Below are positions 47,253-56,622 of a DNA stretch of 64,000 bases, piece by piece. Both the position numbers and the translations under genes were made by a program. The notes below the pieces were generated by a model. That model did not search any database. It was given only the letters and a program-made list of their open reading frames with translations, and was not told where the DNA came from. The stretch is from Candidatus Omnitrophota bacterium (GTDB taxonomy: Bacteria > Omnitrophota > Gorgyraeia > Gygaellales > Profunditerraquicolaceae). The stretch covers positions 222,855 through 286,854 of the forward strand of contig JBAZJY010000002.1 in NCBI GenBank assembly GCA_041651115.1. The letters run 5' to 3'. The first letter of the stretch is position 1. Every line of letters begins with the position of its first letter.

Positions 47253-47869
47253 ACGATGTCTTTGATAAGTATTATAAGGAATATGACGTATGGTATGACA
47301 AGCATAAGTTTGCTTTTTTATCTGAGATCGAAGCGATAAAAAAAGTTTTTCCGCGCCATGCAAGAGGGTTGGAAATTGGCGTAGGTACAGGCAGGTTTGC
47401 CGCGAGCTTAGGTATTACAATGGGGATAGACCCTTCGGGCAAAATGCTTAAGATCGCCCAGGAGAGGGGAGTGAACGTCCGTTTAGGTTTTGGCGAAGAT
47501 ATCCCTTTCCCGAACGGGGTTTTTGACTGCGTGGTAATCGTTATTACTTTATGTTTCGTAAAAGATCCCGAGAGAGTTCTCAAAGAAGCGTCCAGGATAT
47601 TGGAGAAAAACGGCAAAATAATAATCGGCATAGTAGACAAACAAAGCTTTCTGGGTAAATATTACCGAAAGAAGAAAAGCGCATTTTATAAGCAGGCAAA
47701 ATTCTTGAGCGTGAAAGAAATAACGGACCTGCTTAAGGCGGCGGGTTTCGGCCGCTTTTCTTATTATCAGACAATATCAATTTTACCTGATAAGATGGAT
47801 TCCATAGAAAAGCCCAGGAAAGGCTTTGGCAAGGGCGGATTTGTGGTTATATCGGCAAAAAAGCAATAA
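47249..47869 (+). CDS. Class I SAM-dependent methyltransferase (UbiE/COQ5-like)
   Basis: GLEIGVGTGRFAASLG motif I. Confidence 0.7.
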   Translation: MNDVFDKYYKEYDVWYDKHKFAFLSEIEAIKKVFPRHARGLEIGVGTGRFAASLGITMGIDPSGKMLKIAQERGVNVRLGFGEDIPFPNGVFDCVVIVITLCFVKDPERVLKEASRILEKNGKIIIGIVDKQSFLGKYYRKKKSAFYKQAKFLSVKEITDLLKAAGFGRFSYYQTISILPDKMDSIEKPRKGFGKGGFVVISAKKQ

Positions 47870-47884
47870 GAAATAAAAAAATCC

Positions 47885-47935
47885 TTGACAATTATTGCCT
47901 TAGTGTTACGATATTTAAAATCGTAGCACTAAGGA
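47885..47935 (+). promoter_or_regulatory. Promoter plus 15-bp-arm palindromic operator upstream of nikR
   Basis: TTGACA (47885-90), 16-nt spacer, TACGAT. CCTTAGTGTTACGAT-atttaaa-ATCGTAGCACTAAGG inverted repeat (one mismatch) spans the -10 to the RBS. Confidence 0.5.
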
Positions 47936-47940
47936 GAGTT

Positions 47941-48357
47941 ATGGCCCAATTAGTCAGATTCGGAGTTTCCCTGGAGCAAGACCTGCTTGTAAAATTCGAC
48001 ACCCGCATCAAAAATAATAATTATACCAACCGTTCCGAAGCGATCCGCGACCTGATCCGCGAGGACTTAGTTAAAGAAGAATGGCAGAAAGGCAAAGAAG
48101 TCGCCGGTTCGATCACGCTTGTTTATGACCACCATAGGCGCGAGCTTGTGAACAAGCTTCTGGATATCCAGCATGATTTCGGGCACTGTATTATTTCCTC
48201 GCAGCATATCCATATTGACCATAATAATTGCCTTGAGATAATTGCCGTAAAGGGCTCGCCGGAAAAGGTTCAGCGCCTGTCGGAAAGCCTAAGGTCGATA
48301 AAAGGCATGAAGCATTCGGCGTTGGGTATGTCTACTACGGGCAAAGGCATACTATAA
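47941..48357 (+). CDS. nikR: Nickel-responsive regulator NikR
   Basis: Ribbon-helix-helix N-terminus (LVRFGVSLEQDLLVKFD...SEAIRDLIRE) and a C-terminal nickel-binding domain with His residues (HHRRE...HIHIDH). Confidence 0.85.
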   Translation: MAQLVRFGVSLEQDLLVKFDTRIKNNNYTNRSEAIRDLIREDLVKEEWQKGKEVAGSITLVYDHHRRELVNKLLDIQHDFGHCIISSQHIHIDHNNCLEIIAVKGSPEKVQRLSESLRSIKGMKHSALGMSTTGKGIL

Positions 48358-48387
48358 ACATAAAATACCAAAAAGAAGGAGGGGGAT

Positions 48388-49755
48388 ATGTTGACGGTAA
48401 TCTTCAGGAAAACAATTTTACTTGTTATCTGTTTTTGTTTAATGAACGGCGTTTCATTTGCCGAAGAGACATCCATCAAGGAAGAAATAAACCAGCTTAA
48501 GGCGCGCATCCAGGCATTGGAAGACAAAGTTGCCAACCATGAGAAATGTATCTATGATCAGAACAAATGTATTTTAGACCAGAACAAGAAGATCGCTGAA
48601 TATGAATCACAGCTGGCAAAGTTTGATACGGTTTTACATCGCCAGGTAGGAGCCCCGATTAGTATCGGCGAAGGCCTGGAGATCTCCGTTGGAGGCACAA
48701 TGATCGCGCAGGGAGCAACTAACGTGAATAACGCGGCTTCCGATGTTGAGAAAAAGGCTTCCCGTACAGATGCCTCATACTCGGCAGATATAACATTAGG
48801 AAAAGAATTTGAGGATATCGGCGGCAAGGCATTTCTGCACCTTGAGGCAGGTAACGGCGAGGGCTTAAATGACGACCTAACCCTTTACAGCGCTGTAAAT
48901 AACGATGCCGATAATGAACAGAACGTGCATCTTACTGAACTCTGGTATGAGCAGGCCTTATTCAAAGACCGGGTTGTCCTGACTTTTGGTAAGCTTGATC
49001 CTACTATTTATTTTGATAATAATGATATTGCCAATGACGAGACTACCCAATTCTTAAGCAGCATGCTTGTTAATTCTCCGACAATTGAATTCCCAGGCTA
49101 TGCCGCAGGCATCCGTCTGGCATATATGCCGGTTGAATGGTTGGAATTAGGTTACGGAGTGCTTGACGGAAACAGCGACTGGGAAAAGATAGGCGACAAC
49201 CTCTTTAATATCGGCCAGGTTACATTCAAAACAAAATTCTTCCAACTTCCCGGTAATTATCGCATCCTCGGTTGGAACAGTAATGTTTATCATACCAAGT
49301 GGCTGGACACAGAGAGGACCAAAGAGGCTAATTATGGTTTTGGCCTGAGCTTTGACCAAAAGCTAAATGATAGTATAACTCTTTTTTGCCGCTATGGCTG
49401 GCAGGATCCGGAAGTTTATAATCCCGATACCATGGCCACAGGCGATCTTAATTATTCGCTTGAACAGTCATGGAGCGCGGGCCTGCAGATAGAAGGAAAG
49501 CCCTGGGGCAGGGAAAATGACGTGTTTGGTTTTGCCGTAGGCCAGGTAATACCGTCGAATGATTACAAGAAAGCCGATGAAACAAGAAATGCAAGAAACG
49601 AAGGCCACATTGAAACCTATTACAGGATATACGTAAACAAGCATCTTTCCGTTAGCCCGGATTTCCAATATATTTGGAATCCTTTTGGCGGCGATATTGC
49701 CGATGATCCCGATAATATCTTTATAGGCGGGATGCGTGCGCAAGTTGATTTCTAA
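48388..49755 (+). CDS. Outer-membrane porin, OprB/carbohydrate-porin-like, with N-terminal coiled coil
   Basis: Signal peptide, coiled coil (EEINQLKARIQALEDKV...), and a beta-barrel-like alternating pattern ending in a C-terminal Phe (VDF). Confidence 0.55.
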   Translation: MLTVIFRKTILLVICFCLMNGVSFAEETSIKEEINQLKARIQALEDKVANHEKCIYDQNKCILDQNKKIAEYESQLAKFDTVLHRQVGAPISIGEGLEISVGGTMIAQGATNVNNAASDVEKKASRTDASYSADITLGKEFEDIGGKAFLHLEAGNGEGLNDDLTLYSAVNNDADNEQNVHLTELWYEQALFKDRVVLTFGKLDPTIYFDNNDIANDETTQFLSSMLVNSPTIEFPGYAAGIRLAYMPVEWLELGYGVLDGNSDWEKIGDNLFNIGQVTFKTKFFQLPGNYRILGWNSNVYHTKWLDTERTKEANYGFGLSFDQKLNDSITLFCRYGWQDPEVYNPDTMATGDLNYSLEQSWSAGLQIEGKPWGRENDVFGFAVGQVIPSNDYKKADETRNARNEGHIETYYRIYVNKHLSVSPDFQYIWNPFGGDIADDPDNIFIGGMRAQVDF

Positions 49756-49776
49756 AATTTAAAGGAGGATAGGATT

Positions 49777-50466
49777 ATGCATATACCTGACGGCTATTTA
49801 GGCCCGGTGACCAGCGCCGGCTTATATGCGGTAATGATACCGATATGGATAGCCGCATCAAATATCGTTAAGAAGACGCTTAAAGCTACGCAGGTGCCGC
49901 TTTTAGCGATTGGTGCGGCATTCAGTTTTGTGATTATGATGTTTAATGTCCCTATTCCCGGCGGCACAACCGGACATGCAGTCGGAGGCACGCTGGCGGC
50001 AATACTTCTGGGGCCATGGGCAGCGTGCATTGTTATTACCGTAGCGCTGGTAATACAGGCGCTGCTATTCGGTGACGGCGGGATTACCGCGATAGGCGCT
50101 AATTGTTTTAATATGGCGTTTATCCTGCCGTTCGTCAGTTTCTACGTATATAAAGCGATCAGCGCGGGTTCAACAATAACTTCCGGCAGGCGGGTGATTG
50201 CTGCAGGGGTTGCCGCCTATTCGGGGCTTAATGCGGCAGCCTTGTTTGCTGCTGTGCAATTCGGCTTACAACCTTTATTGCATCATACTCCTGACGGCCA
50301 GGCGCTTTACTGCCCATATGGCCTGAAGCCGGCCATTATGGCAATGCTCGGTGAGCATTTATTAGTATTCGGCTGGGTTGAAGTTTTAGTCACCGTGCTT
50401 GTAGTGAAATATCTGCAGAAACAGGATCCGTCTCTTCTGAAAGCGGGAGAAGGGAGCAATCTATGA
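49777..50466 (+). CDS. cbiM: ECF-type Ni/Co transporter substrate component CbiM/NikM
   Basis: MHIPDGYL N-terminus (metal-coordinating) and the CbiM fold. Confidence 0.9.
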   Translation: MHIPDGYLGPVTSAGLYAVMIPIWIAASNIVKKTLKATQVPLLAIGAAFSFVIMMFNVPIPGGTTGHAVGGTLAAILLGPWAACIVITVALVIQALLFGDGGITAIGANCFNMAFILPFVSFYVYKAISAGSTITSGRRVIAAGVAAYSGLNAAALFAAVQFGLQPLLHHTPDGQALYCPYGLKPAIMAMLGEHLLVFGWVEVLVTVLVVKYLQKQDPSLLKAGEGSNL

Positions 50467-50798
50467 AAACAATCACAAAGCTATGGATCGGTTTGGTCGT
50501 GCTTATTGCGCTCTCTCCTCTTGGGTTATTTTTACCCGAGCATTTTAGAGCCGGTGATGCCTGGGGCGAGTGGGGCAGCGATACGGTTGGAAAATTGGCA
50601 GGTTATATCCCCCGGGGGCTTGAGAAACTTTCGTCATTGTGGAGCGCCCCCATTCCTGACTACGCATTCAGGGGATGGGAAGAAAAGGGATTGGCTCCTT
50701 TAAGTTTTGCCTATATAATATCTGCTGCGTTAGGTATCGCGGTTACAGTGGCCATAGTGCTGATTATAGGAAAATTGCTGGTAAAGAAAGGCGATTGA
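50463..50798 (+). CDS. PDGLE-domain small membrane component (CbiN/NikL-equivalent)
   Basis: Two TM segments flanking a periplasmic loop with PIPDYAF. Lies directly after cbiM. Confidence 0.5.
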   Translation: MKTITKLWIGLVVLIALSPLGLFLPEHFRAGDAWGEWGSDTVGKLAGYIPRGLEKLSSLWSAPIPDYAFRGWEEKGLAPLSFAYIISAALGIAVTVAIVLIIGKLLVKKGD

Positions 50799-50801
50799 TC
50801 G

Positions 50802-51629
50802 GTGTTAAAATCCGGTAATTTCATTGAGCGCTCGATCATGGGCGCTTTTTCTTTCTTGAAGGAATCGGTCTTCGCCGAGGAATACGCGCTGAAAAAGGGG
50901 TTCTTGCAGTCGCTTGATCCCCGCGTAAAAAGCATAAGCTTCTGTTTATTTATTATTCAGATACTGCTAACAAAAAATATTCTCACTCTTTTGTGCCTTT
51001 ATGGCATTTGTATCAGTCTTGCGCTGTTTTCCCGGGTAAGCCTATGGTTCTTTTTGAAACGCACATGGGTATTTATCCCGTTATTCTCGTTATTTATTGC
51101 CCTGCCTGCGCTTTTTAGCATTTTTACGCCCGGAGAAGCGCTAGGTGTTTTACATATCGGCCATTGGCAATTAACCGTTACGCGCCAGGGTTTAGCCGGA
51201 GCAACCTTGTTTTTTACGCGGGTGCTTACGTCCGTTTCCTTTGTTATACTTTTAAGCCTGACTACGAGGCATTTTGCATTCCTTAAGGTGCTGCGTATCT
51301 TCGGCATACCCCAGGTTTTTGTGATGACCATGGGAATGTGCTACCGTTACATTTTTCTTTTCATCGAGCTGATTGAAAATACTTATCTTGCCGTAAAAAG
51401 CCGCGTGGGGATAAGGGTTAAGCCTAAGAGCGGCAGGAATATCGCGGCCTGGAATATTGCCGCTTTATGGCTGCGTTCCTGCCGGCTTAACGAAGACGTA
51501 TATATGGCGATGCTCTCCCGCGGATATAGGGGCGAGCCGGTTACCCTGAATGAACTCAAAACAAAGCCGCGGGATTGGCTGTGGCTGGCTGCTGCAGCCG
51601 CGATTATCAGCGCAATAGGTTGCTTATGA
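50802..51629 (+). CDS. cbiQ: ECF transporter transmembrane component CbiQ/EcfT
   Basis: Polytopic EcfT-like protein. The start may be the Met at 50838. Confidence 0.8.
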   Translation: MLKSGNFIERSIMGAFSFLKESVFAEEYALKKGFLQSLDPRVKSISFCLFIIQILLTKNILTLLCLYGICISLALFSRVSLWFFLKRTWVFIPLFSLFIALPALFSIFTPGEALGVLHIGHWQLTVTRQGLAGATLFFTRVLTSVSFVILLSLTTRHFAFLKVLRIFGIPQVFVMTMGMCYRYIFLFIELIENTYLAVKSRVGIRVKPKSGRNIAAWNIAALWLRSCRLNEDVYMAMLSRGYRGEPVTLNELKTKPRDWLWLAAAAAIISAIGCL

Positions 51630-52435
51630 ATGAAATAATCTTTGAATTAAGGGATATTGATTTTTCTTATCTTGGAAAGTTCCCCGCGCTTTCTAATATT
51701 AACGTGAGCATAGGGCAGGGCGAGAAGATCGCGGTGATCGGGGCCAACGGCTCCGGAAAGTCTACGCTGATGCATCTTTTAGACAGCCTCATCTTTCCGG
51801 ACCGCGGCACGTTCAAGGCCTTTGGCAGGGAAATAAAGGAAGATTTGTTTAACGACGCGGATTTCTCAAGAGATTTCCGGCGCAGAGTGGGACTGGTGTT
51901 TCAGAATCCCGATGTCCAGCTGTTCTGCCCGACGGTAAAAGAAGATATCCTCTTCGGCCCGCTGCAGCTTGGCCTTGATAAAAATGAAACCAAAAAACGC
52001 TTTGATGAACTGGTAGAAATTTTAGCTATCGGCAGTTTGCTGGACCGGTCGCCGCACCAGCTAAGTATCGGCGAAAAACGTAAAGCAGCCATTGCTTCAA
52101 CGTTGGTGATCGGTCCGGAAGTGCTGATCCTGGATGAGCCGACAGCAGGCCTTGACCCGGCAACCACAAGGCGCATTATTGACCTGCTTATTAAGGCGCA
52201 TGATTCGGGAAAAACTATTATTACCTCCACGCATGACTTGCATATTCTAAGCGAGATCTCCGATAGTATCTGCGTGTTCAGCCCCGATAAGACGATCATA
52301 AGGTCAGGCAGCACAGAGGCAATATTAAATGACGAGCAGCTGCTTAAGGACAATAATCTCGTGCATATACACGTTCATAAACATAAAGGTCAGGTACATA
52401 CGCATCTTCACCGGCATTTAGACCACCATCATTAA
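51626..52435 (+). CDS. cbiO: ECF transporter ATPase CbiO with His-rich C-terminal tail
   Basis: Walker A GANGSGKST, signature LSIGEKRK, Walker B ILILDEP. C-terminal HIHVHKHKGQVHTHLHRHLDHHH. Confidence 0.85.
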   Translation: MNEIIFELRDIDFSYLGKFPALSNINVSIGQGEKIAVIGANGSGKSTLMHLLDSLIFPDRGTFKAFGREIKEDLFNDADFSRDFRRRVGLVFQNPDVQLFCPTVKEDILFGPLQLGLDKNETKKRFDELVEILAIGSLLDRSPHQLSIGEKRKAAIASTLVIGPEVLILDEPTAGLDPATTRRIIDLLIKAHDSGKTIITSTHDLHILSEISDSICVFSPDKTIIRSGSTEAILNDEQLLKDNNLVHIHVHKHKGQVHTHLHRHLDHHH

Positions 52436-52436
52436 T

Positions 52437-52760
52437 ATGGAAGAGAAAAAACCATTAGTCATAAAATTAGAATCCGAAGATAAATACCTCAGGCTTCTCG
52501 AGGGGCAGCCGCAGACAGCAGGTATGCGTTCCGGCTTGGTGCTCCTTAAGCCCGGCGAAGAGATTGGAGAACATTCCACCGGAAACCGCGAGGAGTCACT
52601 GGTCATCTTAAGCGGCGAAGCGCAAATCTACTGCGCCGGCTACCCTGTTTTTACTGCTTCAGCAGCATCGCTTGTCTATATCCCGCCGCATACTACGCAT
52701 AATGTTAAAAACGCCGGAAAAAGTCCGGTAAAATACGTTTACATAGTTTCGCCTGTGTGA
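52437..52760 (+). CDS. Cupin-domain protein
   Basis: 107 aa cupin pattern (GEHSTGNREESLVILSG...PPHTTHNVKN). Confidence 0.65.
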   Translation: MEEKKPLVIKLESEDKYLRLLEGQPQTAGMRSGLVLLKPGEEIGEHSTGNREESLVILSGEAQIYCAGYPVFTASAASLVYIPPHTTHNVKNAGKSPVKYVYIVSPV

Positions 52761-52790
52761 TAATATTAAAGTCACAGAGCGAGGAGCGTA

Positions 52791-53534
52791 ATGGAAAATT
52801 TCCTTTGGGCGATCGGCGCAAGCATTGCCGTAAGCCTGATATCTTTGATCGGTATTTTCGTCCTTATCCTTAATGATAAGTTGATCAATAAAGTATTGTT
52901 TTTATTGATTGCTTTTTCCGCGGGCGGCCTGATCGGCGGCGCATTCCTGCACCTCTTACCGGAAGTGGTAGAGCAAAATCCCCAAGGCAGTATTTTCTTT
53001 TATGTCATTGTCGGCTTTGTCGCCTTCTTTATTATGGAGAAATATTTTCACTGGCGGCATTGCCATAAAGGGGTCTGCGACATTCACGCCTTTACCTACC
53101 TTAATCTTATCGGTGATTCCATACATAATTTTACCGACGGCCTTGTTATCGGAGCGAGCTTTGCGATCAGCGTGAAATTCGGCATTGTTACAACGATGGT
53201 GATTATTTTCCATGAGATCCCGCAGGAGATCGGAGATTTCGGGGTTCTGGTTTACGGCGGGTTTAAAAAATCCAAGGCGCTGATTTGTAACTTTATTACC
53301 GCGCTTACCTGCGTTGTGGGCGCTGCTATCGGCTTGCCTTTGTCCGAGCACGTGGAAAAATTCTCGCTGTATATACTGCCTATTGTTGCCGGCGGTTTTA
53401 TTTACGTGGCTGCCTGCGATCTCATTCCGGAAGTGCATAAGCAAACCAGTTTAAAACGCAGCACTTTTTCACTCGCGGCTTTCCTCTGCGGAATATTATT
53501 TATTATTTTAGCAAGGTTGGTTGACCCGCATTAA
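52791..53534 (+). CDS. zupT: ZIP-family divalent metal transporter (ZupT-like)
   Basis: IIFHEIPQEIGDFGVL signature. His/Cys-rich loop HWRHCHKGVCDIH. Confidence 0.8.
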   Translation: MENFLWAIGASIAVSLISLIGIFVLILNDKLINKVLFLLIAFSAGGLIGGAFLHLLPEVVEQNPQGSIFFYVIVGFVAFFIMEKYFHWRHCHKGVCDIHAFTYLNLIGDSIHNFTDGLVIGASFAISVKFGIVTTMVIIFHEIPQEIGDFGVLVYGGFKKSKALICNFITALTCVVGAAIGLPLSEHVEKFSLYILPIVAGGFIYVAACDLIPEVHKQTSLKRSTFSLAAFLCGILFIILARLVDPH

Positions 53535-53558
53535 AGCGGCCACTATCATATATAAAAG

Positions 53559-55793
53559 ATGAAAAGAATACTTTTATTTATCCTTCCGATCTTGATCATT
53601 GTCGCGGGCGCATTTACCGTCTTTGGGGTCATCCAAGTGAGTTTTGAAGAAGAAAAACTGATGGATGATTTAAAAAGAAAAGCCCGTACTGTAGCGGAAA
53701 GCGTTGAATTGTCGGCAAAACACATATTGCTCAACAATGACCTGAAGTCCGCTAATCGCCTGGTAGAGATCTTTCAGAAAAGGGAACGGCTGCAGGGCTG
53801 CGTTCTCTATAACAAAGAAGGGCAGGTCATCGCCATTACGGAAAGGATAGCGGACTGGAAGGAAAAAGACCGGCCTTATACCGGTAATATTATTTTAACC
53901 AAATCAGCCCGCGGGGCAGTAGAGAGTTTCCGCGAATATTCCGTATATAGCTATATCCTGCCGGTTTTAGACGATGAAGACAACATCTTGGGGCTGGTAG
54001 AAGTCGTCTATGATACGTCATATATGTTCACGATGCTCGCCCAGCTATGGCGCAGGATCAGTATCACCCTGATAATCCTGGTATCTTTGATCACCATGAT
54101 CACCCTTTTAATTCAGCGTCAGACATTTGTTTTGCCTGTGCGCCGGCTTACGCAGTGGTTTGCGCATTTCCAAAGAGGTGATACGGATAAGCTCAGGCCT
54201 TTCCAGGAAAAGGGCGAATTTGGAAAACTTGTCAGCGAGGTGGAGCAGGTAGCTTTGGGTTTAAGGGTGGCGCGCAGAGCCGTATCTGACGAAGCCAGCG
54301 TCCGTGTCCAGAAAGAGGAACTCTGGACAGAAGCAAAGTTGCGCGATCTGATCCACGCGAAATTGGGCGGGAATTCATTCTTTGTAGTCTCTAACCGCGA
54401 GCCTTATATGCACATCAGGGATGAAATAACCGGAGTGCCGCGCTGCGTGCGCCCGGCAAGCGGAGTAGTTACTGCTATTGATCCTATATTGCGCGCTTGC
54501 GGCGGAACCTGGGTCGCCCACGGCAGCGCAGACGCGGACCGGGAATTCGTAAATTCCAAAAATAAGCTCGGGGTCCCTCCTGAAGACAATCGCTATATAT
54601 TAAAAAGGGTCTGGCTGACAAAAGAAGAGGAGGAAGGCTACTATTACGGTTTTGCCAATGAAGGCTTGTGGCCGCTCTGTCATGTTACGCATACGCGGCC
54701 CGTATTCCGCGAAAAAGACTGGCAGATGTATAAAGCGGTGAATCTTAAATTTGCCGAGAGCATTTTAGAAGACCTGCCGGTAAAAAACCCGTTCATTTTT
54801 ATCCAGGATTACCATTTTACACTCCTGCCAAAAATAATAAAAGACAAGCGGCCGGATGCAACTATCGCGTTATTTTGGCATATCCCCTGGCCCAACCCCG
54901 AGGTTTTCGCGATCTGCCCTTATCAGCAGGAAATACTTGACGGCATGCTTGCCTGCGACCTGATCGGCTTTCACGTGCAATTCCATTGCAATAATTTTCT
55001 TGATACTGCCAACCGGCTGACCGAGTGCCGCGTAGATACGGAAAAATTCAGCATTGTGCGGGCAAATAAAGAGACCGCTATCCGGGCATTTCCGATCAGC
55101 ATAAATGGATTTCATTCCCCTGCACCGGCTACGCTTTCCGCGGAGGTAGAAAAGATACGCGACGAATACAATTTGAGAGGGAAAATAGTCGCCATAGGAG
55201 TGGACAGGATAGATTATACAAAAGGGATCATTGAACGGATACTGGCCATTGACAGGTTCCTGGAGAAATATCCGCAATATAAAAACAAATTCGTTTTTAT
55301 TCAGTTGGCTTCGCCAAGCCGCACGCACATAAAACGCTACCATGAGCTTATCGGCGAGATTGACGAGCTGGTAGAAAAAAAGAACTGGAAGTATTCCGAC
55401 GGCACCTGGCGGCCGGTAATTTATCTAAAGCGGCATTTTTCTCCTGAAGAGATAAAGCCGTATTACACCTTGGCCGACCTCTGTATCGTAAGCTCCCTTC
55501 ATGACGGAATGAACCTTGTAGCAAAAGAATACGTTGCGTCTAAGGATAACTTTAAAGGAGCCCTGATCCTTAGCCGTTTTACCGGCGCTGCGCGCGAATT
55601 GACGGATGCGGTGCAGATAAACCCGTATTCGATCGAAGAGTTTGCCGACGCGATAAAATTCGCCCTGGAAATTCCCGAAGAGGAAAGAAAAAGGCGCATG
55701 GAGAATATGTATAAGGCTGTCCGGCAAAATAATATCTATAAATGGGCAGGCGATATCATCGCCGAGCTGACAGCGCTTAAGAAAAGCTTGTAA
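53559..55793 (+). CDS. otsA: Trehalose-6-phosphate synthase (GT20) fused to N-terminal membrane sensor module
   Basis: TM1, a periplasmic segment of about 150 aa, TM2 and a HAMP-like amphipathic linker. The OtsA core then starts at FFVVSNREPY...and spans about 480 aa. Confidence 0.8.
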   Translation: MKRILLFILPILIIVAGAFTVFGVIQVSFEEEKLMDDLKRKARTVAESVELSAKHILLNNDLKSANRLVEIFQKRERLQGCVLYNKEGQVIAITERIADWKEKDRPYTGNIILTKSARGAVESFREYSVYSYILPVLDDEDNILGLVEVVYDTSYMFTMLAQLWRRISITLIILVSLITMITLLIQRQTFVLPVRRLTQWFAHFQRGDTDKLRPFQEKGEFGKLVSEVEQVALGLRVARRAVSDEASVRVQKEELWTEAKLRDLIHAKLGGNSFFVVSNREPYMHIRDEITGVPRCVRPASGVVTAIDPILRACGGTWVAHGSADADREFVNSKNKLGVPPEDNRYILKRVWLTKEEEEGYYYGFANEGLWPLCHVTHTRPVFREKDWQMYKAVNLKFAESILEDLPVKNPFIFIQDYHFTLLPKIIKDKRPDATIALFWHIPWPNPEVFAICPYQQEILDGMLACDLIGFHVQFHCNNFLDTANRLTECRVDTEKFSIVRANKETAIRAFPISINGFHSPAPATLSAEVEKIRDEYNLRGKIVAIGVDRIDYTKGIIERILAIDRFLEKYPQYKNKFVFIQLASPSRTHIKRYHELIGEIDELVEKKNWKYSDGTWRPVIYLKRHFSPEEIKPYYTLADLCIVSSLHDGMNLVAKEYVASKDNFKGALILSRFTGAARELTDAVQINPYSIEEFADAIKFALEIPEEERKRRMENMYKAVRQNNIYKWAGDIIAELTALKKSL

Positions 55794-55803
55794 GCGGTTA
55801 ATT

Positions 55804-56622
55804 ATGGACTACTTGCTTGATCGCAGCGCGGATATTTTAAAAAAAGTAACTGCCAGATATCTGTTTGTGTTCCTTGATTTTGACGGTACGCTTGCGCCGA
55901 TCGCGCAAACTCCTTCGGAAGCCGCGATACCCGAACAGGCAAAGCAGGTAATCAAAGAGCTTTCAGAGTTAGCGCATTGCAAGGTCGCGGTTATCAGCGG
56001 TCGCGCTTTGGAGGATATAAAAAGCAAGGTAGGGTTGAATAACATCATTTATGCCGGCAATCACGGTTTAGAGCTGGAAGGCCCAAAGATAAAGTTTAAA
56101 AGCCCGGTTACCAGTCGTTATAAGGATATGCTGGGAAAGATAAAGGATGAGTTACAGGAGAAGCTGTCAGGCATTAAGGGAGTGTTCTTTGAGGATAAAA
56201 GGGTATCTTTTGCACTGCATTATCGCCTGGCAGAGCCGAAAGACGTTCTACGCATAAAGTCGGCTTTCCATGAGACGGTAATAGTTTATCTTGCGGGGAA
56301 TAAAATTACGATCAAGGAAGGCAAGATGGTCTTTGAGGTAAGGCCGCCTGTTGAATGGGACAAGGGCAAGATAATTATGTGGCTATTGGCAAGACAGCGT
56401 TTCGGCTGGAAGCGCGAAGAGATTTTTCCCATTTATATCGGAGACGACCTTACGGATGAGGACGCTTTTAAGGCGATCGGCAGGAAAGGTTTGACCATAT
56501 TCGTGGGAACGGCCGGCAGATCATGCGCGCAATACTATTTACGCGATGTCGGCGAAGTATCCGATTTTTTAAAGATGATCCTTTGCGATATAAAAAGAGG
56601 TAATTCATGCCCGAAGCATTAA
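55804..56622 (+). CDS. otsB: Trehalose-6-phosphate phosphatase (HAD)
   Basis: LFVFLDFDGTLAPI motif I, and GDDLTDEDAF. Confidence 0.8.
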   Translation: MDYLLDRSADILKKVTARYLFVFLDFDGTLAPIAQTPSEAAIPEQAKQVIKELSELAHCKVAVISGRALEDIKSKVGLNNIIYAGNHGLELEGPKIKFKSPVTSRYKDMLGKIKDELQEKLSGIKGVFFEDKRVSFALHYRLAEPKDVLRIKSAFHETVIVYLAGNKITIKEGKMVFEVRPPVEWDKGKIIMWLLARQRFGWKREEIFPIYIGDDLTDEDAFKAIGRKGLTIFVGTAGRSCAQYYLRDVGEVSDFLKMILCDIKRGNSCPKH

